DNA from: Bacillota bacterium
GTDB taxonomy: Bacteria > Bacillota > Dethiobacteria > DTU022 > UBA8154
Direction: 5' to 3'
Length of the DNA: 61,297 bases
Assembly: GCA_030656575.1 (NCBI GenBank)
Contig: JAUSPO010000030.1
Location: 1-61,297, forward strand
The notes beneath the pieces are model-generated. The model saw nothing but the letters and a program-made list of their open reading frames with translations, was not told where the DNA came from and made no database searches. The first letter of the stretch is position 1. The number at the start of each line of letters is the position of its first letter. Position numbers and translations under genes: made by a program. Of the stretch, positions 51,765 through 61,297 are shown piece by piece.

Positions 51765-52067
51765 GTGAAAGGAGTTAGTAATTTCCTGATAGATTTATCC
51801 CAAAGGTTGTTAGGAGAAAAAAGTGAAGTATCTTCGGAAAAGAATTCTGTAAGCAGCGCTTCTCTTTTGGAAAAGGCAAAGCTGGACTGGTATGCAGCAA
51901 TTTCTCTTTTTAATAATCTGACCGATCAGGATCTGGTTGATCATGCTATTTTTAATCTTAATGCAGTTGAAAGACGTTATTCCTATTTACTGAAGGAAGC
52001 ACGGAGAGAACACGAAATACAGAAAAGTTATTTTAGAGAGGAGGAAGAGTTAAAAGGATATGATTAA
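51765..52067 (+). CDS. yaaL: YaaL / DUF2508 family protein
   Basis: DWYAAISLFNNLTDQDLVDHAIFNLNAVERRYSYLLKEAR. Confidence 0.85.
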   Translation: MKGVSNFLIDLSQRLLGEKSEVSSEKNSVSSASLLEKAKLDWYAAISLFNNLTDQDLVDHAIFNLNAVERRYSYLLKEARREHEIQKSYFREEEELKGYD

Positions 52068-52332
52068 TTTTGATCTAAATTTTATTCTTGCGTTTTTCTT
52101 TGGAATTATAGTTCTGTATATTCTGGCACGCCTTTTGTATTTTCCCTTCAAAATATTTATACGTTTTCTTGGCAGTGCAGTTCTTGGGGGGATTATGCTG
52201 GCTCTTTTTAATTTAATAGGAACGATCTGGGGTGTTCAGATCGGATTAAATGTTATCACGGCTGCAATTACAGGATTTATGGGAGTTCCCGGCATCATAT
52301 TAATTTTTCTTCTACAGCGCATAACTTCTTAA
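52060..52332 (+). CDS. bofA: Pro-sigmaK processing inhibitor BofA
   Basis: Three TM helices, IGLNVITA..GFMGVPG; follows yaaL. Confidence 0.88.
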   Translation: MINFDLNFILAFFFGIIVLYILARLLYFPFKIFIRFLGSAVLGGIMLALFNLIGTIWGVQIGLNVITAAITGFMGVPGIILIFLLQRITS

Positions 52333-52440
52333 AAACTATCGGTCATACTGTATTATTTAACCAGCTTATTAGGGCTGGTTATTTTATTTGGATATGTTAG
52401 TATTATATAAAGAATGTACTGCATTTGGAGGAATACATAA

Positions 52441-53583
52441 GCGCCCAGGGTAGATATTCTGGAGACAGGAGAACAGGTTCTTGTTTTCCGGGAGGAAGAT
52501 GGATGGTATAAAATACGCTCCTCGAAGGGTTTTCTTGGGTATGCTCCCAAGAAGGAACTTCATTTTACTGGTATTTCATCAGAGTGGGAGCATGTTTCAA
52601 AAGAAGAACCATCCTGGCGTCCCCTGGGAAGCAGAATTAGTTTAGTCTGGGAGCATGTCGTTAATAAATCACCATCGTTAGAAACTATCAAGCCCATGCC
52701 TGGAATAAATGTTATTTCTCCTACCTGGTTTCATCTAAGGGATGAAGAAGGAAACCTCACAAACCTGGCTGATTCCAGTTACGTGAATTGGGCCCACGGA
52801 AAAGGTTACCAGGTCTGGGCTTTGGTCAGCAATAACTTTGACCGGGATTTAACTGCGGCAGTATTACGCAGCAGCGAAAAAAGAGAAAGAGTTATAGACC
52901 AGCTTTTAGCTTTTTCTGCATTATATAATCTTGATGGAATCAATGTGGATTTTGAAAATATGTATCCTGAAGATCGGGATAATTTAACACAGTTTATGAG
53001 GGAACTGGCGCCTCTGGCACGTGAGCAGGGGCTGGTTCTTTCCATAGACGTAACCTTTATATCCGGCAACCTCTACTGGTCCCTTATCTATGACCGCGCT
53101 GCTCTGGCAGACGCTGCAGATTATATTATTGTGATGGCTTACGATGAACATTGGGGGACAAGCCCTGTGGCCGGTTCGGTAGCTTCATTGCCATGGGTGG
53201 AACGAGGGCTGCAGAGAGTGCTGAGGGAAGTCCCAGCGGACAAGCTTATTCTTGGGCTGCCTTTATACACACGTCTCTGGGAAATAGAATATCTGGAAGG
53301 TGGTGCAGAGAAGGTCGCTTCCAGGGCTTATGGCATGGACAGAATACAAAACATTCTTGCCGAAGAAGGGGTGCAGCCCGTATTTAATGAAGAGAGCGGT
53401 CAAAACTATGCCTCCTTCGACAGGGGAGATAGGCATTACAAAGTATGGGTTGAGGATCTCATTTCCCTTGAGAGTAGAATAGACCTGGCTGAGAAATATG
53501 GACTTGCAGGAGTTGCCGCCTGGAGAAGGGGATTTGAAAGTGAGGAAGTCTGGGAACTTTTTAGCCGCAGACTAAAACGTTAA
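52441..53583 (+). pseudogene. SH3 + glycoside hydrolase family 18 (spore cortex-lytic-like) protein lacking its N-terminus
   Basis: Open frame from 52441 (SH3-like GWYKIRSSKGFLGY) has no start codon until ATG52696; ISPTWF, DGINVDFE, VMAYDEH, AAWRRG. Confidence 0.65.
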
Positions 53584-53654
53584 GTAATAGAAACAGAACC
53601 TCATTGACAGGGATTGTGGATAGTGGCATAATCATACCGTGTGAAAGTAAGCAG

Positions 53655-53748
53655 AAGCATAGGGACACACCAATTTTTGCAGAGGTAAGGGGACACACCG
53701 TCTTTCAAAAGGTAAGGGGACACACCTCATCGAGGAATGTCCCCGAAG
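53655..53748. repeat. REP-like cluster (GGGACACACC x3, GGAATGTCCCC)
   Basis: Reverse-orientation copies of the hairpin family. Confidence 0.8.
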
Positions 53749-53759
53749 GGGTTGTTAGG

Positions 53760-53990
53760 ATGGATCTGTTTATTACTCTTATAATTATTTTAATCATAGT
53801 TTTCTGGCCCCGGCATGGCCAGATACGCTATTATCTTCTTCTTATTGCCGGCATATTTATTTTTATTATTGCCCTTCTTTTTGCTCCCGTACTGCTTCTT
53901 TCGCCTCTTTTCTATATCGGCATGGCAGTTTCCGCAGCCCTTATGATTTATAAAGTTATTACAAAGGACAGACATGATCGTAAAAAATAA
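53760..53990 (+). CDS. Small hydrophobic membrane protein
   Basis: 76 aa with about three TM segments; start reassigned downstream of the repeat cluster. Confidence 0.6.
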   Translation: MDLFITLIIILIIVFWPRHGQIRYYLLLIAGIFIFIIALLFAPVLLLSPLFYIGMAVSAALMIYKVITKDRHDRKK

Positions 53991-54114
53991 TTGTAACAGG
54001 ATACGGTGATATTTTTCCGAAACAATAATTCTTTTGGGAAGAAGTGAATTAAAAGGTATTCTGAATTCTGAATACCTTTATTAAGTTAATAAATAAGGTA
54101 ACAAATTTTTGTTA

Positions 54115-55485
54115 CTAAAGAGGACTGGCGGCTTCCTTGAGTGAGGGAGTTAAGGAAAAAAAAGACTTGTATTGTTTAATATACCAGAGAGAAAGGAGAA
54201 AAGAGAGCAGGTCTGCTAACGGAAAGGCTATCCATACCCCTGTTAACTTAAAGATGGGGGGAAGAATAAGTAATAACGGAATTAAAAACAGCACTTGGCG
54301 GGACAAGGATAAAAGCAATGCTGCTCTTGCATTTCCCAGAGCCTGAAAGACCCCGCTGGTAACCATCGAAACGCCGATAGTAAATGAGATGATGAAAATG
54401 ATCCGCAGAGCAAACTGTCCTGACTCAATAGCCGCTGCATCATTGGTAAAGATCAGCATGATCTGCTTTGGAAAGAGCATAATCATGAGGAAAGCAATTA
54501 CAGCTATTAATGTTGCAGCTTTCATACCCAACAGAATCGACTCGCTGATACGTTTGGGCTGTTTTGCACCGTAATTGAATCCCACAATAGGTAGAAGGCC
54601 CTGAACAACGCCATTCATCGGCATGATCGAAAACATCAGTACCTTGTGGATGATCCCGAATACGGCAACTGACAGGTCTCCGCCGTAAATGAGCAGCATG
54701 TTATTAGCTACAACTAACATAATGCTCAAAGAAGAAAAACGGACAAATGCTGATGCACCGATAGCCAACACTTCTTTAATAAGTGGAATCCTGGGGCGCA
54801 AATTAGAAATCTTGAAGGATAAGGTGCTTTTACCTGAAGCAAAATATACGAGTATATAGAGTGCACCAGCTACTTGAGATAATACAGTGGCAATAGCTGC
54901 CCCCTTAATGCCCATACCGAATCTGAAAATAAAAATCGGAGTCAGGATAATATTTAAGCAGGATGAAATTAGCATGGCCGCCATGGCAGTTTTGGCACTA
55001 CCTTCGGAACGCACAATATTACCCATGGAAAATAAAAAAGCAAAAAAGACGGTGCCAAATAAAATAATCCCTAAATAATCCCGGGCATAAGGCATAATTG
55101 TATCACTTGCTCCAAAGAGGCGAAGCAGCGGTGTAAGCATGCTCAAACCGAAAAAGACCCCGATTATGCTGACGATCAGGACTAGGCCTATCACATTTCC
55201 AAATACTTGATCTGCTTCGTCTGGATTATTTGAGCCAAGTCTTCTTGATATTACTGATGCCCCCCCGATACCAAGAGCCCCTGCGATTGAGGAGATAATC
55301 ATTTGGGCGGGGAAGGCAATTGATGCCCCGGCAACTCCTAAAGTCCCAACACCTCTGGCAATAAAGATGGTGTCGACAATATTATAAAAGCCCATCATAA
55401 ATAAACCTATAAAAGCAGGAACACCTAATTCAGTTAACAGCTTTGGAATAGGCTCTTTTCCCAGACGCTCACTTTGTTGACTCAT
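54115..55485 (-). CDS. MATE family efflux transporter (MepA-like)
   Basis: YNIVDTIF, RSEGSAK, GIKGAAIAT, GFNYGAK; 12 TM helices. Confidence 0.95.
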   Translation of the reverse strand: MSQQSERLGKEPIPKLLTELGVPAFIGLFMMGFYNIVDTIFIARGVGTLGVAGASIAFPAQMIISSIAGALGIGGASVISRRLGSNNPDEADQVFGNVIGLVLIVSIIGVFFGLSMLTPLLRLFGASDTIMPYARDYLGIILFGTVFFAFLFSMGNIVRSEGSAKTAMAAMLISSCLNIILTPIFIFRFGMGIKGAAIATVLSQVAGALYILVYFASGKSTLSFKISNLRPRIPLIKEVLAIGASAFVRFSSLSIMLVVANNMLLIYGGDLSVAVFGIIHKVLMFSIMPMNGVVQGLLPIVGFNYGAKQPKRISESILLGMKAATLIAVIAFLMIMLFPKQIMLIFTNDAAAIESGQFALRIIFIISFTIGVSMVTSGVFQALGNARAALLLSLSRQVLFLIPLLLILPPIFKLTGVWIAFPLADLLSFLLSLWYIKQYKSFFSLTPSLKEAASPL

Positions 55486-55993
55486 GAAGATCCTCCTCTA
55501 ATGCATCAATCCTTAAATCATTACAGCATAAATTGGCCTTATTCCTATCATTTTGGATATATACTATTGCATTCTCGAACATTTTAGTTAATAGTTTTAA
55601 GGCTGTTTCGATCTCTTCTTCCGTCATTCCTTCACTTAATATAGTAGTCCAACGCTCTAGAATTGAATATAAACGGGGTTTAAACTCTATAGCTTTTTGG
55701 GTTAAAAATATCTGGTTGGAGCGAAGATCCTTTATATTTTTTTCCCGGGTCACATATCCTGCCTGTTCTAATTTGTCTAGAGCACGGGCTGTTGTGCTCT
55801 TATCAATATTTAAATGATATGCCAGCTTTTCTTGCGATAATCCGTCCTGTTGATATAGAGCAAATAAGAATAAAGCCTGCCCTTTTCCAATATTGAATGG
55901 TTCTAATTCATCCGTGATGTAGATTTGAAAATAGCGGAATAACAGAGAAATCAATTTTCCAATGGACATAGTAAGCATATTATTTTGCTCCAT
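55469..55993 (-). CDS. MarR family regulator
   Basis: SQEKLA, DKSTTARALDKLE, DLRSNQIFLT. Confidence 0.92.
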   Translation of the reverse strand: MEQNNMLTMSIGKLISLLFRYFQIYITDELEPFNIGKGQALFLFALYQQDGLSQEKLAYHLNIDKSTTARALDKLEQAGYVTREKNIKDLRSNQIFLTQKAIEFKPRLYSILERWTTILSEGMTEEEIETALKLLTKMFENAIVYIQNDRNKANLCCNDLRIDALEEDLHESTK

Positions 55994-55995
55994 TC

Positions 55996-56058
55996 GTTGC
56001 ATATGCAACTTTAATTATTATATTATATTCATAAATTAGATAGTTGTCAATGCAACTA
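55996..56058. promoter_or_regulatory. Two palindromic putative MarR operators
   Basis: GTTGCATATGCAAC (55996-56009) and TAGTTGTCAATGCAACTA (56041-56058). Confidence 0.6.
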
Positions 56059-56063
56059 AAAAA

Positions 56064-56110
56064 GAACTGCTTCAAAAAGCTGATGAATTGTATCAGCTCT
56101 TGAAGCAGTT
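56064..56110 (-). terminator. Long hairpin downstream of the hydrolase gene
   Basis: AACTGCTTCAA..AGCTGAT / ATCAGCT.TTGAAGCAGTT preceded by an A run on the plus strand. Confidence 0.6.
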
Positions 56111-56153
56111 ACTTGGTAATTTATTCATTGATCTGCGTTCTTCCTCTGTAGGA

Positions 56154-57098
56154 TCAGCGGATATCCATAGGAATAAGATTATTGAGACGGTTAAAATAGG
56201 CTTCTTCCAAGCTCAGCTGATCATTAAAGATTAGCGTTGCCCAATAAGAAAAGTCGGCTTTATGTTTAAAGCGGAGGTCCATTAGTTTCACAAAATACCT
56301 GCCTTTATCCTCCCAGTGCGTAATATGGTAAAAGGAAGTAAACTGACAGAATAGGCGTCCTGGCGCCGTTTGTAGTGCTTTAAATATTAATGGACTGGAT
56401 GTTTTTCTGTCCATATGGCTGCAGTTACTGGTATTTTGGTCAATATAATTATGTGTCCCAACAATAATTTCCCGCGTCCCTTCAATACAAAAATCCCAGG
56501 AAAACATTCCTCGAAGAGCAGGCATAACTGCCAGCCTGTCCATTCCAGGTTTAAGGCCGTAAGCTTCCCTTAGGAAATATTCAACTCTTTTTCTCATTTT
56601 CAAGCGTATAAACAAGTATATAATTACGCCTGAAAAACCTATCAGAGCTGCTTTTTGAGGATTATGCCAGGCAAAAATAACAGGCAGAAAAAGCATGATA
56701 AGAATTGGATCAAAAAACATTAACAGGTTACCTGCTTGTCGTTTTCCTGAAAGTGGCCACAAAAGCTTGGTCCCATAAGAGTTAAAAAAATCAAGAATTC
56801 CATGGGAAACTGCTCCAAATAGTGCCCAATAAAAGTATTGTAGAACGTTTCCTCCAAAATCCACAAATATTATCCCGGAGATTATAGCAGAAAGAAGTAA
56901 AAAACCTCCTAGAGAATGTGTAATTCCCCTATGGTTTCTTATGAAGGAAAGATCCCCTTTGAGCATTGTAACTACATCTAGATCAGGCATTATAGCTCCC
57001 ATGATGGCAGCACAATAGAGGGGGTTGTATGCTGAGATAGGTTGTCCCGACAGAGCGCCCACGCCTATGCCAATAATTGCATGACTTATAGGATCCAA
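56154..57098 (-). CDS. YdjM-like inner-membrane metal-dependent hydrolase
   Basis: DPISH, PDLD, HRGITHS, SHGILDFFNSYGT. Confidence 0.88.
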   Translation of the reverse strand: MDPISHAIIGIGVGALSGQPISAYNPLYCAAIMGAIMPDLDVVTMLKGDLSFIRNHRGITHSLGGFLLLSAIISGIIFVDFGGNVLQYFYWALFGAVSHGILDFFNSYGTKLLWPLSGKRQAGNLLMFFDPILIMLFLPVIFAWHNPQKAALIGFSGVIIYLFIRLKMRKRVEYFLREAYGLKPGMDRLAVMPALRGMFSWDFCIEGTREIIVGTHNYIDQNTSNCSHMDRKTSSPLIFKALQTAPGRLFCQFTSFYHITHWEDKGRYFVKLMDLRFKHKADFSYWATLIFNDQLSLEEAYFNRLNNLIPMDIR

Positions 57099-57281
57099 TT
57101 TCTTCTCCTCCATTGTTGTTGCAAGGTAAAAATATAAGAAGTTAACATAATATATCAATTAATTATAACATAAATAAAGAGGAAATTTTTGATGTAAATT
57201 GTAACCTCATAGGAAGATAGTGGAAAGAATATAATTAAGGTAACTCAGAGTAAAGCATTAACAAGAAATGGAGACCTGAGA

Positions 57282-57437
57282 CATGGGGACGGGTTTTAGG
57301 AACGGGGACACACCTCTTACAGAGGAATGTCCCCATGCAATGTCACCGCAGCGCAGCGGAGACTTGGGGACATTCCCCGCAGGGGTGTGTCCCCTTACCT
57401 TAACGAGTGGGAAGACGATGGAACCGTCCCCGTGTCT
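57282..57437. repeat. Composite REP-like element
   Basis: CATGGGGACGG...GACTTGGGGACATTCCCCGCAGGGGTGTGTCCCC...AGTGGGAAGACGATGGAACCGTCCCC, matching 31866-32015. Confidence 0.88.
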
Positions 57438-57509
57438 TGCGTAGCGAAAAGCAGAAGGGAAAATGGAAACTGTTGGCCTGAGTTACCTTAATTAAAATGC
57501 TACTTTGCA

Positions 57510-58346
57510 TTAATTATTGTCTCGTGGGTTTTCTCCTGATTCCCCGGGTAAGGGGATATACTGTACTGAAGGCCTTCGCGAGGGGGGGTGGGTGTAGAAT
57601 GCCATAAGGCTGTAAATTTCCCAGGGGACATCGTTGGAAATACTGAGCCCAAACTCTTTTAATATTTCACTTGTGAGGGGAAAATCATGGGTCCAGCGGC
57701 CTTGGCTGAGGACCCGCGCTATACCACGGGACTTCTCTTCGTCCATATGTTTTAGCAGGATGCGATAAATAGTGTCTTCCACCTGCTTGACTGCTTTTGT
57801 TGCAATATCTGCTAAGATGAGAGTCTGGTCATCAAGGCGGTTTTTGTTTTTTAATTCCACTGCTTTTAAAATAGAGACAGCGGGATAACTTCCTATCTGA
57901 GGGTCAACAGGCCCAAGGACAGCATTCTCGTCCATGATAATTTCGTCAGCAGAAAGGGCGATCATCGTGCCTCCCGACATAGCATAATGTGGAACAAAGA
58001 CAGTGACCTTTGCCGGGTGCTTTTGTAAGGCTGCAGAGATTTGTTCAGAAGCTAAGATCAAGCCGCCTGGGGTATGAAGAATAAGATCAATAGGAACATG
58101 GCCGGGAGTAAGGCGTATGGCCCGAAGAATTTGTTCCGAGTCCTCAATGTTAATAAATCGAGTAAGGTTGACTCCAAGGAAACTAAGAAACTCCTGCCTG
58201 TGAATAAGAGTAATAACCTGAGAGTTTCTTTTTTTCTGGAGTGAGCGCAGGACTTTGAAGCGGGCGGCATTAATTCGATATTGTCGTAGAAACGGTAAAA
58301 ATACGGAAATAATAAATAAGAGCAAAACTATCTGAAAAAGATTCAA
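57510..58346 (-). CDS. SDH family (DUF114) Clp-fold serine protease
   Basis: LIHRQE, LHTPGG, YAMSGGT, LGPVDPQ, WTHD. Confidence 0.92.
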   Translation of the reverse strand: MNLFQIVLLLFIISVFLPFLRQYRINAARFKVLRSLQKKRNSQVITLIHRQEFLSFLGVNLTRFINIEDSEQILRAIRLTPGHVPIDLILHTPGGLILASEQISAALQKHPAKVTVFVPHYAMSGGTMIALSADEIIMDENAVLGPVDPQIGSYPAVSILKAVELKNKNRLDDQTLILADIATKAVKQVEDTIYRILLKHMDEEKSRGIARVLSQGRWTHDFPLTSEILKEFGLSISNDVPWEIYSLMAFYTHPPSRRPSVQYIPLPGESGENPRDNN

Positions 58347-58525
58347 TTAAATCCTCCTAAAACGTGTTATCCTGATTTCTTTTAGTAATTAGCATTATTT
58401 TTACCTATAATAAAAATAATAACAGAATGCTTTAACGGCAATATTTTCAAAACTCTATAATATTTTCCAAATAATATTTGAGAATGGAATTATGATCGTT
58501 TAAAATAGAAATGTGAGAAAAACCT

Positions 58526-60454
58526 TTGAAGAAGGTGTCAGAGTATATGGGCGAGATTTATCCTGCTAATCATCAACTGGAAATAATGAAAAAGAAATAT
58601 CCGGAAAAGTTTGCATCAGAAGATAAAATCTTTAGTCATATTCATGCCGGTGACAGAATTTTTATAGGTACAGGCTGCGGCGAACCCCAATACCTGGTCC
58701 GCGCCCTTATAAATTATGTGGAATCCAACCCCAAAGCGTTCTTTGATGCGGAGATTCTGCATGTGTGGACACTGGGAGTTGCGCCTTATACGAATCAAAA
58801 GTTTAAAAATAACTTTCGGCACAATTCTTTTTTTATTGGGAAAAACACAAGGGAAGCGGTAAATACGGGAATGGCAGACTATACTCCAATCTTTGCATCG
58901 GATGTTCCAGAACTGTTTCGCCGTAGATTGGTGCCGGTTGATGTTGCTTTCATTCAGACATCACTGCCTGATAATCATGGTTACCTGAGCCTTGGAATTA
59001 GTGTTGATATCGTTAAAGCGGCAGTGGAAAACGCATCACTGGTCATAGCACAGGTTAATCCTCAAATGCCCAGGATCCATGGGGATACCTTTATAAATAT
59101 TAAAGATCTAAATTTTCTTATACCTTATGAAGAGCCTTTATTGGAATATGAAGTATCCGCAAATAATGAAATATCGCAAAAAATAGGAAAGTATGTTTCT
59201 CAGATAGTGGAAGATGGTGATACTATTCAAGTGGGCTATGGGAGCCTGCCAAATGCTATACTCGGCAACCTTGCCAACAAAAAAAACCTGGGCATACACA
59301 CTGAGCTGTTGAACGATGGTATTGTGGACCTTATGAAAAAGGGTGTTGTGGACAATAGCAGAAAGACAATTGATCGGGGAAAAACTGTGGCATCTTTTTG
59401 TATGGGTAAAAAGGAAACATACGAGTATCTTCATGATAACCCATCCATAGAATTCAGAACGATTGACTACACAAATAACCCTATCATCATTGCTATGAAT
59501 AAAAATATGGTGGCTATTAACAGCGCGTTGGAGATCGATCTTACTGGCCAGGCCACGGCAGAATCCCTTGGAAAGACTTTCTACAGCGGTATTGGAGGCC
59601 AGGCGGATTTTATGCGTGGAGCGGTCCTGGCACAGGGGGGTAAGACCGTCCTCGCCCTGCCGTCCACAACAGAAGGCCACGAGGTTTCAAGAATTGTGCC
59701 TTTCCTTAAAGAGGGGGCAGGGGTATCATTAACCCGCGGTGACATACATTATGTAATCACGGAATATGGTATTGCCTACCTGCACGGGAAAAACATCAGG
59801 GAAAGGGCGATGTCTTTAATATCCATCGCTCATCCCAAATTCCAGCCATGGCTTATCGGGGAAGCAAAAAAACTAGCTCTGATCTTTAAAGATCAGGCTT
59901 TTATTCCAGGAAAACGGGGAGAGTATCCCCGGGAACTTGAAACGCGAAGAACAACGAAAATGGGGCTGAGCTTTTTGTTAAGGCCTGTAAAAATAAGTGA
60001 TGAACCGTTATTGAAAGACTTCTTTTATTCCCTTTCAGAGCGATCAATGTATAAGAGGTTTATTTCAAGACGAAAGGATATGCCCCATGAAATGCTGCAA
60101 AACTTTTTCGTTGTAATCGATTACACACAGGTAATGGTCATAGTTGCAGTCACTGAGCATGAAGGCAAAGAAGTGATTATAGGTGTTGGACAATATGGCA
60201 TAAATGAAGGTACGCTAACTGCAGAGGTAGCTTTGGTTATTAAGGATGATTTTCAGAGTAAAGGTATTGGCGCTGAATTACTTTCTTACCTGGCATATAT
60301 AGCAAAAAAACAGGGATTAGTGGGTTTTACAGCGGAAGCTCTTCCGGACAATAAAGAAGTTCTCCACTTATTAGAAAAAATTGGCTTTGAAGTCGAAAAA
60401 AGATTTAATGCCGGAGTCTATTTAATGGATATAGCACTTCGGGAAAAGTTGTAG
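58526..60454 (+). CDS. Acetyl-CoA hydrolase/CoA-transferase fused to a GNAT domain
   Basis: TIQVGYG, GIHTE, SGIGGQADF, TEYGIA; C-terminal GNAT motif FQSKGIG. Confidence 0.92.
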   Translation: MKKVSEYMGEIYPANHQLEIMKKKYPEKFASEDKIFSHIHAGDRIFIGTGCGEPQYLVRALINYVESNPKAFFDAEILHVWTLGVAPYTNQKFKNNFRHNSFFIGKNTREAVNTGMADYTPIFASDVPELFRRRLVPVDVAFIQTSLPDNHGYLSLGISVDIVKAAVENASLVIAQVNPQMPRIHGDTFINIKDLNFLIPYEEPLLEYEVSANNEISQKIGKYVSQIVEDGDTIQVGYGSLPNAILGNLANKKNLGIHTELLNDGIVDLMKKGVVDNSRKTIDRGKTVASFCMGKKETYEYLHDNPSIEFRTIDYTNNPIIIAMNKNMVAINSALEIDLTGQATAESLGKTFYSGIGGQADFMRGAVLAQGGKTVLALPSTTEGHEVSRIVPFLKEGAGVSLTRGDIHYVITEYGIAYLHGKNIRERAMSLISIAHPKFQPWLIGEAKKLALIFKDQAFIPGKRGEYPRELETRRTTKMGLSFLLRPVKISDEPLLKDFFYSLSERSMYKRFISRRKDMPHEMLQNFFVVIDYTQVMVIVAVTEHEGKEVIIGVGQYGINEGTLTAEVALVIKDDFQSKGIGAELLSYLAYIAKKQGLVGFTAEALPDNKEVLHLLEKIGFEVEKRFNAGVYLMDIALREKL

Positions 60455-60587
60455 AGGTAATTTTCCCTCCTCCTTTGTCTTTAGGACATGATTATCCCTT
60501 TCTGTTCATAAAATCTAGAGACGAAAAGGTTTTTATGAGAGGAATTTAATTTTTCAGGGCAAAAGCGCCCAAAAGGGGGAGGAAGTT

Positions 60588-61297
60588 ATGCGTTTCCTGG
60601 CTAAGAAAGCTGTGAGGTGGGGCCTTGTTGTTTTGATTTTAGTCTTAATCTGGGCAGGGTATCAGGTGCTAATGGAACGGAGTGCAGGTATACCGGAGGA
60701 TGAACAGAACCAGGCCCTAAAGGAAGATGTGGAAGGGAGTGAGGAATTAAGTGCAATGGAAGATATCTCAAAAAAGGAAATAAAAATTCAGTATTTAGGC
60801 CATGCTTCTTTTCTGGTGGAAGCAGACGAACTGCGTATTCTAATGGATCCGTTTTCACCCCAGGTCGGCTATGGCACATTGGAGTTAGAGGCTGATCTTA
60901 TTACTGTCAGCCATGAACATATGGACCATAATTATGTGGCCGCCGCTCCTGATGCAAAAGTTTTGAGGGGCCTGACCTCTGATGGCCTGGGCTGGGAAGA
61001 AATTTCTTATTCAGTGGGTGAAATGAGTATCACCAGCATTCCCACTTACCATGATAAAGCTTCAGGTAAGCTAAGGGGCCGTAATTCCATATTTATATTT
61101 GATTTGGGAGATATACGTTTGGTCCATCTGGGAGATTTGGGCCACCTTCTTAATGAAGGGGACGTTGAAAAGCTGTTACCTGTGGATGTCCTCCTGGTGC
61201 CAATGGGCGGCCATTATACTATTGATGCTATGGAGGCGAGGCAGGTGGTTGAGCAGTTAGTTCCATCTGTGGTCGTGCCCATGCATTACCAGACTAA
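60588..61297 (+). CDS. MBL-fold metallo-hydrolase with N-terminal TM anchor (runs off the window; missing from the ORF track)
   Basis: ATG60588 after GGAGG; YLGHASF, DPF, SHEHMDH, HLGDLGH, PMHY; no stop codon before the window end. Confidence 0.88.
   Translation, partial: MRFLAKKAVRWGLVVLILVLIWAGYQVLMERSAGIPEDEQNQALKEDVEGSEELSAMEDISKKEIKIQYLGHASFLVEADELRILMDPFSPQVGYGTLELEADLITVSHEHMDHNYVAAAPDAKVLRGLTSDGLGWEEISYSVGEMSITSIPTYHDKASGKLRGRNSIFIFDLGDIRLVHLGDLGHLLNEGDVEKLLPVDVLLVPMGGHYTIDAMEARQVVEQLVPSVVVPMHYQT

Noticed and set aside
53604-53759. N-terminal extension of ORF 53604-53990
   Set aside because: It translates the repeat cluster (VRGHT twice); ATG53760 is the more plausible start.
60601-60879. 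92-aa minus-strand ORF
   Set aside because: Antisense to the MBL hydrolase starting at 60588.

Overview
Chromosomal window from an anaerobic, spore-forming Bacillota (Clostridia-like) organism. Positions 1-3.1 kb are a decayed accessory patch: IS21-like ends, a truncated TcmP / frameshifted DUF5131 pair and ATPase relics. It is followed by housekeeping genes (topB, cysteine synthase, SAM-I riboswitch-metY-metX, pdaD-speE-speB) and the Bacillus-like block pyrG-fba-fsa-glpX-rho-rpmE-prfA-prmC-spoIIR-sua5-ywlE-rpiB-glyA, with nikR, an orphan SigG-like sigma factor, fur, larE and larC interspersed. Where upp and the F-type atp operon usually follow, there is instead an OFA-family MFS transporter and a spirochaete/Bacteroidota-type, probably Na+-coupled, A/V-ATPase operon (E-DUF2764-A-B-D-I-K), then ldh. 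The most unusual element is an ~0.9 kb non-coding array at 50741-51623. It holds two full copies (opposite orientations) and one partial copy of an ~215-255 nt covarying structured unit that I cannot assign to a known RNA family, interleaved with a second repeated module at ~370 bp period. A dispersed REP-like hairpin family and heptamer tracts occur in intergenic regions. All family calls come from motif recognition by eye; no database searches were run.
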